Part shown: positions 25,001 to 37,771 of the stretch, in pieces
Layout: each line of letters starts with the position of its first letter
How positions within the stretch are numbered: the stretch's first letter is position 1
From: Tubulanus polymorphus
Taxonomy: Eukaryota; Animalia; Nemertea
DNA: 64,000 nt
Direction: 5' to 3'
Assembly: GCF_964204645.1 (NCBI RefSeq)
Contig: NC_134032.1
Location: 12,636,275 to 12,700,274, forward strand
The notes under the pieces: model-generated
What the model saw: the letters and a program-made list of their open reading frames with translations, nothing else
Told to the model about the DNA's origin: nothing
The model's database searches: none
Position numbers and translations under genes: made by a program

Positions 25001-27460
25001 AACGAACTCGCTTAAAACGATTCCTCGCTGTAACGAACTGAGAATTTCGTCACAAATTAAAAAACGATTTTCAGAATTTCATACTGGACATAACGAACTA
25101 TAATCAGGGATAATGCGCAATTCTTGATCCGGTCTTCTCTGAAGTCATGGGATTCAGGGTTCGGCTCCTTTTTCGTCGTGCGGCGAATAACAAGTTTCCC
25201 GAGAACGACGAATATTCCTTTTTTTTCACCTTAAAAACTTCTTGGAATCTGACACGAGTGAAGTGCACTGAGGTCTTACCGACTGCTTTAAGAGTCATTT
25301 GCCAAAGACAGAAGGCAGCCTCGGGGAAGACCGTTGCGGGACGCACTTGTTGGTAGGCCTTAATCTTAGTCGAGTAAAATTAGATCCATCCGTAAGTAAA
25401 AAGCGTCTATACCATGATACAGGAAGCTGCGTGTATTGCGTTTAAGCTGTCAGTTCCAATTTCTAGTATTTGAAGACGTGGGTTAGCTTGTAACATCGAA
25501 AGCGACTGTGGCGGTGCCTTGATGAGGGAGGGAGTCGTTGCTGTTACACCTGGCGCTGAAGTTGTGTATTTTTCTCATACGGACGTCGATTCCGGTCACC
25601 TTCGAACAGTAAGCCGCTTGCTGCAGAAGATCTATGCTAGCCGCTCGGGGAAACCTGGATCAGATCGGGATCCATCGTGTTGACAACCGTTTTTGAGGCT
25701 GATTGACGGCCATGTCAATCAGCTTAGTATCCTAAAAGGCGTTGAATAAGATTACCTCGATTGATAGTGTAGATAGTGTAGGGACTAAAAGAACGATATT
25801 TTCTGATTTTCCACTGCTCCGTTATCCATACACAGTGTTTATACATGACCAGAAAAGAGCATTAGAAACCTTGTCTAGATAAAGAATAGGCATTGATATG
25901 CAGAGCACGCAGAACAAAAACAAGATTTATTTTTTAGGCTGTTCATGTTTGTTTATCTTTCATGTGGACACAATTCACATAACTTTCAGGATTCCGATGC
26001 ACAGCTATATCGGGGCTCAAAAAAAAAATTTTGGGACGTTGAAATAATAATGTTTTGTTTACCGCTGTGAAAACAATTCTATAGGCGAAACAAGTTTGAC
26101 CTTCGCAAAAACGAAAGCAAAATTCATATGCCAGTGGGAAGTCGTGCACAGAAAAACAAAACAATATTCAAGGCCACACACATACAAACTTGATCATGCA
26201 AAAACTACATTTATATCGCAAAAACATAGCGAATGTTTTGTGTTGTGACTCGGGGGGAATCTTCGAAATTCTCTCTAACAGTAATACGAGGCGTTTATAA
26301 AGTGTTGTTTATTCGACACCTTATTTCGCGCAATCAGTCGTCACACGATGTGAAAAAATCTATACCGATAACAATGCATTTTATCTACAGCTACTGCAGC
26401 TTGTCTTAGTCGATACCGGTTTTGACTATGGATATCACGTTTACCGTATATGTTGGAGGCTATACTTAAGCATATCAAAATAACGCTTTGAATTTATGTG
26501 GATATTGATAAAAATATTTCACATATATAAAAATAGAATGTGCACGTATTTCCTTGTGTAATTCCGCCACCTTTGATCAAACATTTTAATCACTGCCGGG
26601 GCTTTTTAAGTTGGGGAAGGGGGGGGGTGAATTGTAGCTTAGATAATCCATCCCGTACCAATAAAATATAGATAGAAAAGGGTGGCAACTCGTATCCAGA
26701 CACTTCAATTTGAATTGGCTATAACTCCTAGAATGTTCACAGGATTTCCCTGAAATCTGTTCATGTTGTTCACAACATTCTATATTTTTAAAATAGGTCT
26801 ACTTAAAAGCCTTTTGATGACGTTTCATAGCTCAAAAATGTGATTAAATGCGACGGAGATCCCTCAAAGTATCCAGTACGGCAAATGGTATAGTGGCAGC
26901 AAATATCCTCTACCTTTCAACTTTGAAGAGCCCCTGAAAAGCTTTGTAGATATGTATATAGTACCTGGGATATTGGATGATTTAAGTTACTATTCGCCCC
27001 AAACCTAAGTACGAGCCACCAAGGAATTAACTATACTCAAAATGATATGTTCACGAATTTTCGAGGTTTTAGTGAGTGAACCTGGATTAATCGTCTAAGT
27101 TGACGATCTTAGTAAATTGAATCGGAAATTGGGACTCAAAAATAGTGACCACTTATGTATTAAATGATTATCTGATGACAAGACTTCTCAACCGAGCGCG
27201 ACTGCAATCGATCAACACACCGCTTAAGACGGCGGATTTTTCAAAGATCTATTTGGAAAATCTTCTCTGATTCTCGCAGTAACAAAGGGTGGAATAGCTA
27301 CCGATCAGTAAAAACATGAGTTGACTTCGACGGAGTCTCACGGTGAATTTATTGGAATTTCCTACGGATGTTTCGCATATCAGGGATATCAGACACGGAT
27401 ATTGCTGGCAACAACAACAGCACAAGCTGTCACCGCTCGTTTTAATTCAGCCAACTGTTC

Positions 27461-27688
27461 GCCAATGACTCATATAAATACCTCCCTACGTAGACTGAGC
27501 CGTCATTCTGAGTCTTAACAAATCCATTTTAAGAGTCCACGTTTTTTTTTAAATCTTAAAATAGGGATTGATCCCGTTTTTTTTATTTGATTGGTAGATT
27601 TCGTTTGATTTTTTTGATTTGGTGTCCCTTACAAGCCCATCACACCTGAGCATTGAACAAAACTGAACTGTACTTCACATTGTGTTAG
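27461..27688 (+). promoter_or_regulatory. Pol II core promoter (CCAAT, AP-1, TATA, Inr) and probable non-coding first exon
   Basis: CCAAT at 27462, TGACTCA at 27466-27472, TATAAATA at 27473-27480, and Inr-like TCATTC at 27503-27508 (about 30 bp downstream of TATA). An ATG-free exon runs to the donor TAG|GTAAGG at 27688. Confidence 0.55.
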
Positions 27689-28546
27689 GTAAGGACTCGA
27701 GAATTCAAAATGGTCACAAAAATGCCCTGTTTTAAAACTGTCGAATATAGCCCTCGTGTCCAACTCCCCGATTTATATCTTTCCATATATAAGGATTCTT
27801 ACATTTTCACCTGATGATTTTATTTTTATCATCTTTCCCCTCCTCTCCTCTGCCTGTCTGTCTGTCTGTCTCTCCCACTCCATCCGAAGGTACATGTTGA
27901 TTGATAACTGCTTATGGTATTATCGATTTTATGATTGATTTACGATTATGTGTTTGTGCGCTTGAGAAATTTATCCCGTCGACGAAAGATGATAAGCTCT
28001 TATTACTTAGCTTATCAGTGAACGACTTCATCTTATATACGCCGTATTAGACACTTTCTTTACAAACAGAGCAATCGTCTTAGTCAGTCATGCGATGCTT
28101 CCCTATGAAAGTTAAGATCCTTGGACTTAATTAGAATGATCTATGTTGTTCTTCTATGGCGGCTGTGGTTGTTTTGGTTGGTTTATTCTGTTTTACGTCA
28201 ATATGTTGGCCTGGCATAAATTTTCTACACTTTCATGGAATCAGCTGACAGCTGATGGGACCACAGAAAATATCATCAATTCCTTTTCTCTTCTTCGTCA
28301 ATAGCAGCCAACGTTACGAGCAAGAGCTCAAGTGATCAAACCTCTGGGTTACATGTATTTTCGTGTATTCCTGGGTTCTATATTCTCGAGTTAACGTAAA
28401 TAAACGCGCCCGTGGCTACGGGGAGGGGGGGGGGTAATTAAGGGGGAGGGGTCGAGTGCTTTCTGCTTCTGATTTACTCATGCACGCTCTACGGGAAGCT
28501 AATAAAACTGTCGTTGATTTTACGTTTGCATCGTTTACGCAGCAGT

Positions 28547-28682
28547 TGCGTCAATAAAACCGGGACTGCCCTTATATATCACCCTATGACGTCAATAAAA
28601 ACCGGGACTGTCCTTAAAGATCACCCTATGACGTCAATAAAAACCGGGACTGCCTCTATAGATCACCCAATGACGTCAATAA
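28547..28682 (+). repeat. 42-bp tandem repeat (~3.2 copies) containing TGACGTCA
   Basis: TGACGTCAATAAAAACCGGGACTG...ATCACCCTA repeated; TGACGTCA at 28587, 28629 and 28671. Confidence 0.85.
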
Positions 28683-29183
28683 TTACGTATAATGAATATG
28701 TTGACTCATGTTTAGAAAAGATGACCGCCTAATCATCAGAAAATGTGGATATAAATCATTAATGACGTCACTGATAACCCCTTGATGAAACTTTCGAAAT
28801 TGACGAAGCTTTCGTGAAAAGGGCTGAAATAATACTAATGATGTAAATGCATCAATTAAGCTAACCAGAATGGTAAAAAGGACATATACCAATGTATCCT
28901 TCCATCGAGAAACAAGGTTATTCAAAGATATCATATAATGAGGATTTTACTTGTAAACGGCAAATAACTGGACGAGTCGAAAGAGATATTCTTCTTGAGA
29001 ACCTTCTGTCAGAATGATTCGAACTCAGTGGTATAGCCGGTATTCTGTGGAGGGATAGTTTCTGGCGTGTGTCAATTTTTCAATGTTTGTAAATTGCTTT
29101 TTATTTTCGTTGCAGACAATTCTTTTCCATCGACGAACCTAGTAGCCAACCATCACGTGACGTGCGGTGACCATCTGCCGGGA

Positions 29184-32100
29184 ATGTTTCCATCTAAAAC
29201 CTGGACCTGCAATGATTTCAAGTAAGTGCCAATATAATGGTCCAGAACCATATTTGCGTGGGTTTAATTTGACTCGGGATCCAGTTCCAAGCAGTTAACG
29301 TCATAACGTCATAACGTCATAACAAGCCAGTTTTTTACTCTTTATCGACGTGAATTTTCTCAAAGACGTTAATCTTGGTTATGTTGGAGCTGGTTTCTTT
29401 TTAACTTGCCGATTCATCAAAAGATTGCTGTTTTTTCCTGCCCCAAAGATTTTACATATTAACGTAGAGTGAATCACGATCTAAGATGCTGATAATTGAG
29501 CTTTAAGTCTCATCTGTATTCTATGCGCGAATTAAGCTTTCTACCGTTTTTCGTAACGGGATGAGTAGCTACAGATCCGTGCGTGATCTGAAAGCAAATC
29601 GCTACTGTGGCAATTGAGGATCCACCGGTGTGGCAATCGTGGATTCCAATTGTGGCAAGTGAGGATATACCAAGTGAACTAGTGTGCAGTAGGATATCGA
29701 CTACAGTGGAACCTCGTTACAGCGAATTTCATGGGACCAGAAAATCTGTCCGTTATAATCGATAGTTCGTTGTATCCAGTATGAAATTAATTTAATTGTC
29801 TTACTTGGGACAAACTTCTACACATGTATTTGTTATTTCCGATGAATCGTCGTATCATAGTTCGTTATAACGAGGTTCCGCTGTACTGCGGCTACTGATA
29901 ATTCCACTCGTAGCAAGTGAGGATCTGATGTGCAGTCGGATCTTCCGTGTCTTGCACCTGGATGATTTGACTATTCTTTTCAACGTCTGCTTTGTTCTCC
30001 GAACCTTCCCAAATACTCTACGAGTTCCGAACCAACACTTCTTTATGTTTGTAATCACGCTTTGCTTACTTGATTTCCTTTTCTACTAGTTACCTACTCT
30101 TTCTCTCTCTCCCTCTTCCCTCTCCCCAAAACTCGTTTTTGAAAAATTGTTTGGAAGTGGAAAAAATCTCAATAATCTAAGTCAATCAAAAACGAATTTA
30201 TTTTCATCAAGTGTTTGTCTGACAATATAACGGCACCGTCTTGATTTTTTTCAGGGTCGAAGGAAAGCGTTTATCGTACGGTTACTTACCGGGGTTTGGA
30301 GCCACGGATCGAAATTGCGAGGAAGACAACGGCCGGAACGATATAGCCGCCATTTGTCGACATCTCCTACAAAATTTAGGAATAACCGACCCCTTATGGG
30401 GCGCATTTGTAAGTATATATGATAATTTTCGGTATAGAAATCGCCTGAACCGTATGCGCGTGCTGCCCCCTATTGTTTCAAAGCGGCGAGTTTTATGTCG
30501 AATATTTCTACATTTGAAATGAGGGACTTTTTATCTGGGATTTTGAGATCTTTTTGAATCGGTTTTCGGCTGTTCACTGAGAACGTGAACGTTTGTGGTC
30601 GATCGTCGCACAACTTAGTCGTGGCATCGTTTCATGGTTTCGTCAGATTTAAATCAGCACGCGTCAAATTTCATCGTCTGATCCAAAATAATCGATATGT
30701 CGTTGTACTAATTGTACATACCCTACTTGTCTCTCGCCTCTTTCATGATATTCTCACTACTCTCTCATCTCTCTCCGCTCCTCTCTTCTCAAATTGTTCC
30801 CACGTCTTCCGTTCCTCTTTGAGAAATCTTTTTCATTTTCTATACCCTCTAATTCTCTTCGACCTCCCTCTCTCTCGTTAGGTGAAATCATCATTATACG
30901 TATGTTATTTTTCCTGTGCGTGACGAGCGACTATACGCGAACCAAATACAAATCTGTTTTGAATGCAGAAATGTATCTCCCGAGACATTTCATTTACGAC
31001 GACTTTCTTCTCACATTTCTTCTTCTCCGTTCCCAATCGTCAACTCTCACTCCCTCCCTCCACCCCTCTTCCATCTGCACGACTAACTCTCTCTCTCCTG
31101 TCTCTCTTGCTCTCTAGTCAATTATTATATCGCCATCTCTATCTTCTCCCTCTGGTTGCTTCGCCCTCTCGTTCTCCCTCTCTCTCTCTTCACTCTCAGC
31201 TGATATGAATGATTCATTACCTCGGTTCATGTTTCGGTAATGGAACTGTCAAAGTGAAGGGCATGCGCTGTGAAATTTGATATTTATGGATTTAGTGTCT
31301 TTACATAGATGAATCTTGTGCTCGTTGTAGATGTAACTGATTGTACAAGCGGGTTTCTATGTAGGCCAATGTCCCCAAGGTCAAGACACATGTCTTACAC
31401 TAGAAATTCAGCTAGTTGCCTATACAATCCGGTGGATAGATGTGAAATTAGGATATTGCTCTGATGCTATGTGTTGCTCCCACCTCCCGATTAACAAACT
31501 ATGTAAAAGCTCCTCACTTGGGAAGCGTAACTGATATGGAGCAGAAAGCAGCTACCACTATCTCCAAACTCTTTAAGGGACTGTAAGGAGATATGTGACC
31601 TTCTACGTGATGAAGTCATCTTTGAACGGGAGGTATGTTACCTCCAACAAGGGGAGGTATGATAAGATTTATAGCTCCCGTTCAGAAGTATAAAGGTGCC
31701 ACGGAGGTATGGAATGATGTAAACGAATAGCTAAAAAAAGCGCTGCTGTGAGGATTAGTCGTATTGAAGCACCTGTTTTGTAGTGTTATTGATAGGCTCG
31801 AGATTAATTTGCCGTATTTCAGCGAAACGTCGAAATCATGATTAATGATTAACGATAGCAATTTGCCGCTTGTCGCAGGCAATTCCTGTCGCATTCACTG
31901 ACAACCTGTCCCACCGTGGGCGATTGCTAAGTATCAAGAGACAAGGAGAAAATGGGAACCCGTATCCCCGTAACGCGCGATAAGGGGGGCGGGGAGGAGC
32001 GTGACCATCAGGAAATCTATACCAGTATGTGATCCGGATGGGAACAGCAGGTTGCGAGCGGCAAATTTCGTCCAAAAAATCCACCAGCCTGCCCACAGCT

Positions 32101-34132
32101 ATACTGTATTGAGTTTTTAGTCACAACCTTTTAGTCAAACCTGTAAAATGCACGGTTAAAATGGTGAACTAATTCGGCAAATTCTTGAGTCCGTTGAGAA
32201 AGTGTTATTATGATGTTTTCTGTCACGCGATTCTACGGCATTTTGTGACAAATTGCTCGGTTCTACGGAGAAAAGATTGCGTGAGGAGACGTCCGTTAAT
32301 CTTTTGGAGTGTTTATAATATCGACGTCACGATGCTTGCCGGAATCTAGCGAGGTTTACCCGAATCTAACGAGGTTCACCGAAATCTAACGAGGTTTACC
32401 CGAATCTAACGAGGTAAACTGGAATCTAATTAGGTTAACCGGAATCTAACGAGGTTAACCGGAATCTAACGAGGTTTACCCGAATCTAACGAGGTTACCC
32501 GGAATCTAACGAGGTAAACCGGAATCTAACGAGTTTTACCGGAATCTAACGAGGTTTACCCGAATCTAACGAAGTTAACCGGAATCTAACGAGGTTAACC
32601 GGAATCTAACGAGGTTAACCGGAATCTAACGAGGTTAACGGGAATCTAACGAGGTTAACCGGAATCTAACGAGGTTAACGCGAATCTAACGAGGTAAACC
32701 GGAATCTAACGAGGTAAACCGGAATCTAACGAGTTTTACCGGAATCTAACGAGGTTATACGGAATCTAATGAGGTATACCCGAATCTAACGATGTAAACC
32801 GGAATCTAACGAGTTTTACCCGAATCTAACGAGGTAAACCGGAATCTAACGAGGTTCACCGGAATCTAACTTCTTATTTGAGTCATGATGTTTACCGCAA
32901 TATCATGAGGTTTGTTATGTGAGTCACGACATGTTTACCGGGATCTCGCTAACTCGGATTGTTTTCGGATCCCTGAAGGAATCGCTGTTCTCGTTGTGTC
33001 CTTGAGTTTTATCTTTGAAAAGTCAGTTCGATAACGGACTCGCAATGTCTCTGTCTCTCAATGCAGGCAACGTATTTCTTCCCTTCATTCCTCATTATCC
33101 TTCTCTCTCCACCTATCTCTCCATCGCCCCGCCTCCACTCCCCAGCCTCCATTTCCTCTTTGGCCCCATTCTCACTGTCCTCCTCCTCTTGTTCATCCTT
33201 AAACCCACCGCGCACCTTCGCCCCGATAGAGCATATAATCGTTCAGTTTTACAGTATCCTCGGTATAATCATCATTTTCAAGTCGTACTGAATCGACATG
33301 CTTCAATAACGGTTTTCTGTGATATCGTTGATCGAGATAAAGCTGGCGAGCGCTTGAAGTTATCGCGCAGCGTGTGATTGTATACGCGTTTTAGTGAAGA
33401 ACTGCCACGTGAATAATTGATCTCCGATAACACTTTAACCCTTTCGCATGGAATGCATTTTCAAGGCGACAGATCAAGAAAATACCACGAGGGCGTTTCG
33501 ACTTCCTAAAGCTTCTTAGGTTGCGGCATAGCCTTGTTGTTATTCAGTAACCTATCCGTGGATTAGTTTCACGATCGGGTATCTGAGGAAACATTGATTA
33601 AATGCTCAAAAATGTGTAGAGTATCGCTCAAATCTTTATGGTACCCGCGCTGGTAAAAGCTTGCCGCCAACGATTGGTTCGTTTGGCTGTATAACTAAAT
33701 GGCTACAGAACTCCAAGGTTGAACTTCAGTTGTTATATGATTAGGAGAAGTGACTGCACCGGGATCGGACCAGCAAGCGTGTTTACCAGTAGACCAATAG
33801 AACAATTTGGCCAGTGCGTAGAACTATAACAGAAGGGAAGGCCGACTCGTGACGTCATTAATACATTGTCTTATTCCGTAATAGTTCTCCGTTATAGTTT
33901 AGTTGGCCAGTACATCCTCGCTTGCCAGGGTTCGATTACCGTTTTGACCGAGTTAGATGTAAAATAATGTTTTTTTCTGTGTTATTTTCAGGTGTCGAAT
34001 ATGAGTTGCGAGAAGAGCCCAGAAGAACGACTGATATTTCGTAATACGAGCAAATATCACCAATGGATGCAGGAAGATGCCGGACACGGCTACGTGTTGA
34101 CGTTGCAGTGCATGATAGCGCCATCTACCTGA
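29184..34132 (+). CDS. Uncharacterised 110-aa protein with three coding exons
   Basis: Coding exons 29184-29221 (exon begins at 29116 after TTGCAG), 30255-30408 and 33992-34132. Acceptors have polypyrimidine tracts with CAG, donors are GTAAGT, and the phases match (2 and 0). Translation: MFPSKTWTCNDFKVEGKRLSYGYLPGFGATDRNCEEDNGRNDIAAICRHLLQNLGITDPLWGAFVSNMSCEKSPEERLIFRNTSKYHQWMQEDAGHGYVLTLQCMIAPST*. No family recognised. Confidence 0.6.
29704..29883. mobile_element. Tc1/mariner-superfamily (pogo/Tigger-like) MITE
   Basis: TIRs CAGTGGAACCTCGTTA.A.CGAA and TTCGTTATAACGAGGTTCCGCTG, TA duplication. It is inserted into a unit of the ~75-bp repeat family. Related fragments at ~24980-25100 and ~44100-44280. 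Confidence 0.8.
32341..32870 (+). repeat. 20-bp minisatellite, ~26.5 copies
   Basis: Units of GGAATCTAACGAGGTTAACC in exact 20-bp register. Confidence 0.97.
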
Positions 34133-35228
34133 TCTATTGCGAACTATATACATTGTATTTATACATTGTACGAATAATTCAAGGTTTTGGTAATTCAATG
34201 TGATAAAGGAACATTTTAAATGTCTCAAGGAGTTGTCGGAAACCTAAAAAGTTTTTGGGTGAATTCTTAATTATAGTTTCTCCTTAAAGAAATTGCAAGT
34301 TGTACAATGGATGCCCTCCGAGTTGTGGACAGGAGTCTCAGCTATGAATACATGACTGAATGCGCATCCAATTTGGAGTCATCCATCTCGAAAATAACTA
34401 TTAAGTCACTGAACATTGTCTCATAATCATTAATGACAGGACCAGCCTATTTTTTCTAAACTGTCTTCGATGACTGTTGCGTCGAAATATTTGAAGAGTC
34501 GAATCTGCTGAGTGGACTAGACCGAACCATGGACTCTAGAATGACTCAAGAATTCGTCAGGTCGCACTTAGATCCGACGCGAGTCTCGGCCTTTTCGCAA
34601 TGCGACCTGAGTGTTCTTATTAAAGACCTAATTGCAGACGATTGCGTGGGATCTTAGTGCGGTCTTAGTGCGACCTGACTTATGCGTAAGAGTCAACAGA
34701 TGATATATATTTTTGTAAATTTGATCCAGGCATGATGCAGGATGCGTCGGTTCTATCGCTTTAATAGTTGACTTTAGTTAAAACATCGCAAATCATCTAA
34801 TTTTAACTGCGAAGTCCAACCTAACCAGGAACTATCGAACCGGATACTGAGGTATAATTATATAAAGTAAGGTGAATGATGTATATATTTGTTTATACCT
34901 AAAGGCATTTCTGACGTTCTGAAACATTTCCATAGATTTTCTAACCGTAGAATTCACTGTTAGATTTCGCTAATGATAATGATGATGATAATAATAAAGT
35001 AATACCTATGTCAGAAAGAGTTGGAAAGGTTTCCTTTAGCTGAGAGTATATTTTCAACGTTTCCACTATATCCCGATAGTCATCTTCGGGAATACTGAAT
35101 TCGTGATATAGTCGAAATGTTGAAAAAAAAATCATCGAGGGATTTACCTTCGATAATTCGGAAACATCCCGGTCAATATCGGTAATCGATCCAAGTTGAT
35201 CAGATCGAATTGAGCGGGGTGTATCCTG

Positions 35229-35524
35229 CATCCTCCCCCGGCAGGGATTCGAACCTGGTGGCATCGAAACTCGCCGGTACGGAACCCTGACACACTACCC
35301 AAAATGCGCAGCCTATAGATGATGCCACTATTAGCCAATCAGAAATCTCGTTTTATCTTAGCCCGGGTTTTTTCTAGTTATAGTTTATCCGTGAAGTTTG
35401 CTTGAGCGATTATACAACGGGCAATCTGATTGGTGCTGCAAGTTTTTCTGCGGTAAACCTGGGGTTCGCACCGTTGCTCAGTGTAGCGATGCCATCAGAT
35501 TCGAATCTTTTCCGAGGGAGGATG
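35229..35524. mobile_element. CATC...GATG-ended MITE (Mutator-like), copy A
   Basis: TIR CATCCTCCCCCGGCAGGGATTCGAACCTG.TGGCATCG; homologous to 37433-37771; TSD is degenerate. Confidence 0.75.
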
Positions 35525-36335
35525 GGTCTACTGTTAGAACGGAGTGATGTGAACGTAAGTATAGCTTTTTGGAATCCCAATGGCACGTTTTAATCGTTAA
35601 TGTACTGTCAAAATTGACTGTTTATTATTTGAAATAAGAGATTATCAATCTACGGAGAAACATCCGGCATTTGAGAGATTAGCGGATATTAAGACGTTCG
35701 TTTTTATATGAAAAGATGCCGGAAAATGTAATAAAAAATCGATTGAAATAGAACGTGCTGAGGGATGATTAAGATAATTCTCTCGGCATATTGAAACGGA
35801 TTAAATTTGAAAATCCCAGTTTGTGACGATGAAAAATCCTAGGTGTATCATTACAGAATATGATTGAAAGTGCTCATTACCAGAAATCTCCGGTGAAAAT
35901 AGCCAGAAAAAACTAATTTGAAAGTTTATTATTTCCTTGAAAATAGCGACGTTAATCATATGATGTATGTATTGCTTAGAATTTTCGATAATGTATAACT
36001 TGGTAAAAGATATTACAGTGATGTAGTGCACACCCATTTAAACACTACCTTAATAATCAGAAACATTCATCATGAAAACTCATTAAATAGAAAAACACTC
36101 CATTATTCACAATTGTTATTTCTAAACGCCACTATCGATGACGTAGTACACAAAGTCATCACCTCTTAATGCGGACTCAGATCACAAATAGTTACTGTCA
36201 ATATAAAAAGCCCGTTGTTGTGACGATTTTTACAGCGTCAGGAAATCAATTATGCAGCTGTAGCGGCGGGAGTATCTCAGCTGCGTAGAACTGATACCTG
36301 TAGCGTACGAATCTGTAGCGTTTTACCTGTTATTG

Positions 36336-36662
36336 CATCCTCGCTTGCCAAGGGCCCAGTATCACTCCCGAACTCGCTTCCACCAGCCCCCTGGCCTCAC
36401 GAAGCGTGATTTCATTACTGGCGCTGTTGCGCATGAAGTCATATATCGATTTGCGAAATACTTCCTTGTTCGGTAAAACATTCGCTGATTGGTCCATTTA
36501 ACGGGAAAACCAACAGAAGTCTACTGTCGGTTTGTTACAAGCGCTGTGATTGGTACGACCGGATTCTGGTCGGCTAGTAACGACTCCAACGACTCGTGAG
36601 GTCAAGGGGTTCGGGGAACAGCTTTAGCGTAGTGGGTTCGAATCCCTTGACGGGTGAAGATG
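36336..36662. mobile_element. CATC...GATG-ended MITE of a related family
   Basis: Imperfect TIRs CATCCTCGCTTGCCAAGGG and CCCTTGACGGGTGAAGATG. Perfect 9-bp TSD CTGTTATTG at 36327-36335 and 36663-36671. Confidence 0.78.
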
Positions 36663-37432
36663 CTGTTATTGTAGCTGTAAGCATCGACAATCAATTTACT
36701 GTAATTGGAATGAGCTTGTTAATCAGCCTTTTTTCATAATGATTAGCTAAACGAATTAAGATACAATGTACTGATATATCAATTTGGTTTTAGTTAATTT
36801 TTAACAAGTCGCGCTGATTAATTAGTCGAATTTGATAGATGAAGTGTATTATCGCTATATCAATATTAATCAATAAGTAAATGGATATGTATTATTTTAC
36901 TTGTTAATAATGAAATGTATTAAATTTTCCAAATATATGATATTTATGTAAAAATACTTGAATAGATTGTTAGCTCTGTTGTTTTACCTCTTTTCAAAAA
37001 ACTCCATCAAAATGGTTGAATTTCTTTGCGTTGTAGTGCAACACTGCCCGTGCAATATAGAGGACTATCTTGTGACAAGTGAAAATCCACTAGGCTTGCT
37101 AGTGTGCAATAGGACATTGTGCCAATTGAGGATCCGTTTTGTTTCAAAGTAAAGATTCAGCAGGTGTCGCTAGTGTGCAGTACGACATTAACAACTGTAG
37201 GAAAACTATTTTCCACTCGTAGAAAGTGAGGTTCAAGAAGGTCAGTGTGCAATAGGACATCAACAAACAAACAGTATCTACTACTTGTTAATAGAGGATT
37301 TCGCTTGTGGCAAGCGAGTTTCCACATGGTGCGCTAGTGTGCAGTAGGGCACAAATATCCACCGAATTCTGAACACAACATCGAAGTTGTTTCTTCCAAT
37401 CAAAGACGTATAAACGATACATATAGGCCTAC

Positions 37433-37771
37433 CATCCTCCCCCGGCAGGGATTCGAACCTGATGGCATCGAGATTGCCACGGCACGAAACCCTGCCATAA
37501 TCGACCGTGTGCGCAGATACATGCGCAGTTCAGATGATGTGATTTTTAGCCAATCAGTAATCCCGTTTTATTTTAGCCCGGGTTTTCCCATTTATAGTTC
37601 TTCCTTGAAATTTGCCTCAACGATTATACAACGAGCAATCTGATTGGTGCCGCCAGTTTTCGTTCGGAAAGCTGCGCATGTAGCTGCGCACCCGGTCTAC
37701 TGATGCAGGGGTTCGTGCCGTGGCTGAGTGTAGCGATGCCATCAGGTTCGAGTCCCTGCAGAGGGAGGATC
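37433..37771. mobile_element. CATC-ended MITE (Mutator-like), copy B
   Basis: Same TIRs as the 35229 element; flanking direct repeat ATAGGCCTAC at 37423-37432 and 37772-37781. Confidence 0.8.

Noticed and set aside
22063-25750. GC-richer patches with short ORFs as transposase or retroelement genes
   Set aside because: I found no recognisable catalytic motifs and frequent stops. They may be old TE debris, but the sequence alone does not support a call.
30255-30408. Neuropeptide precursor (GKR followed by a two-Cys peptide)
   Set aside because: The assembled 110-aa protein has no signal peptide and no second cleavage site, so the dibasic motif is likely incidental.
32341-32870. Regular 20-bp repeats, and the 75-bp and 152-bp arrays, as possible CRISPR arrays
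   Set aside because: The units are head-to-tail with no unique spacers, there are no cas genes, and the context is eukaryotic. These are minisatellites.
36610-36662. tRNA genes suggested by GGTTCGAATCC here and near 35245, 37745 and 49000
   Set aside because: There is no cloverleaf or acceptor stem; the motifs lie in MITE ends or a SINE-like fragment.
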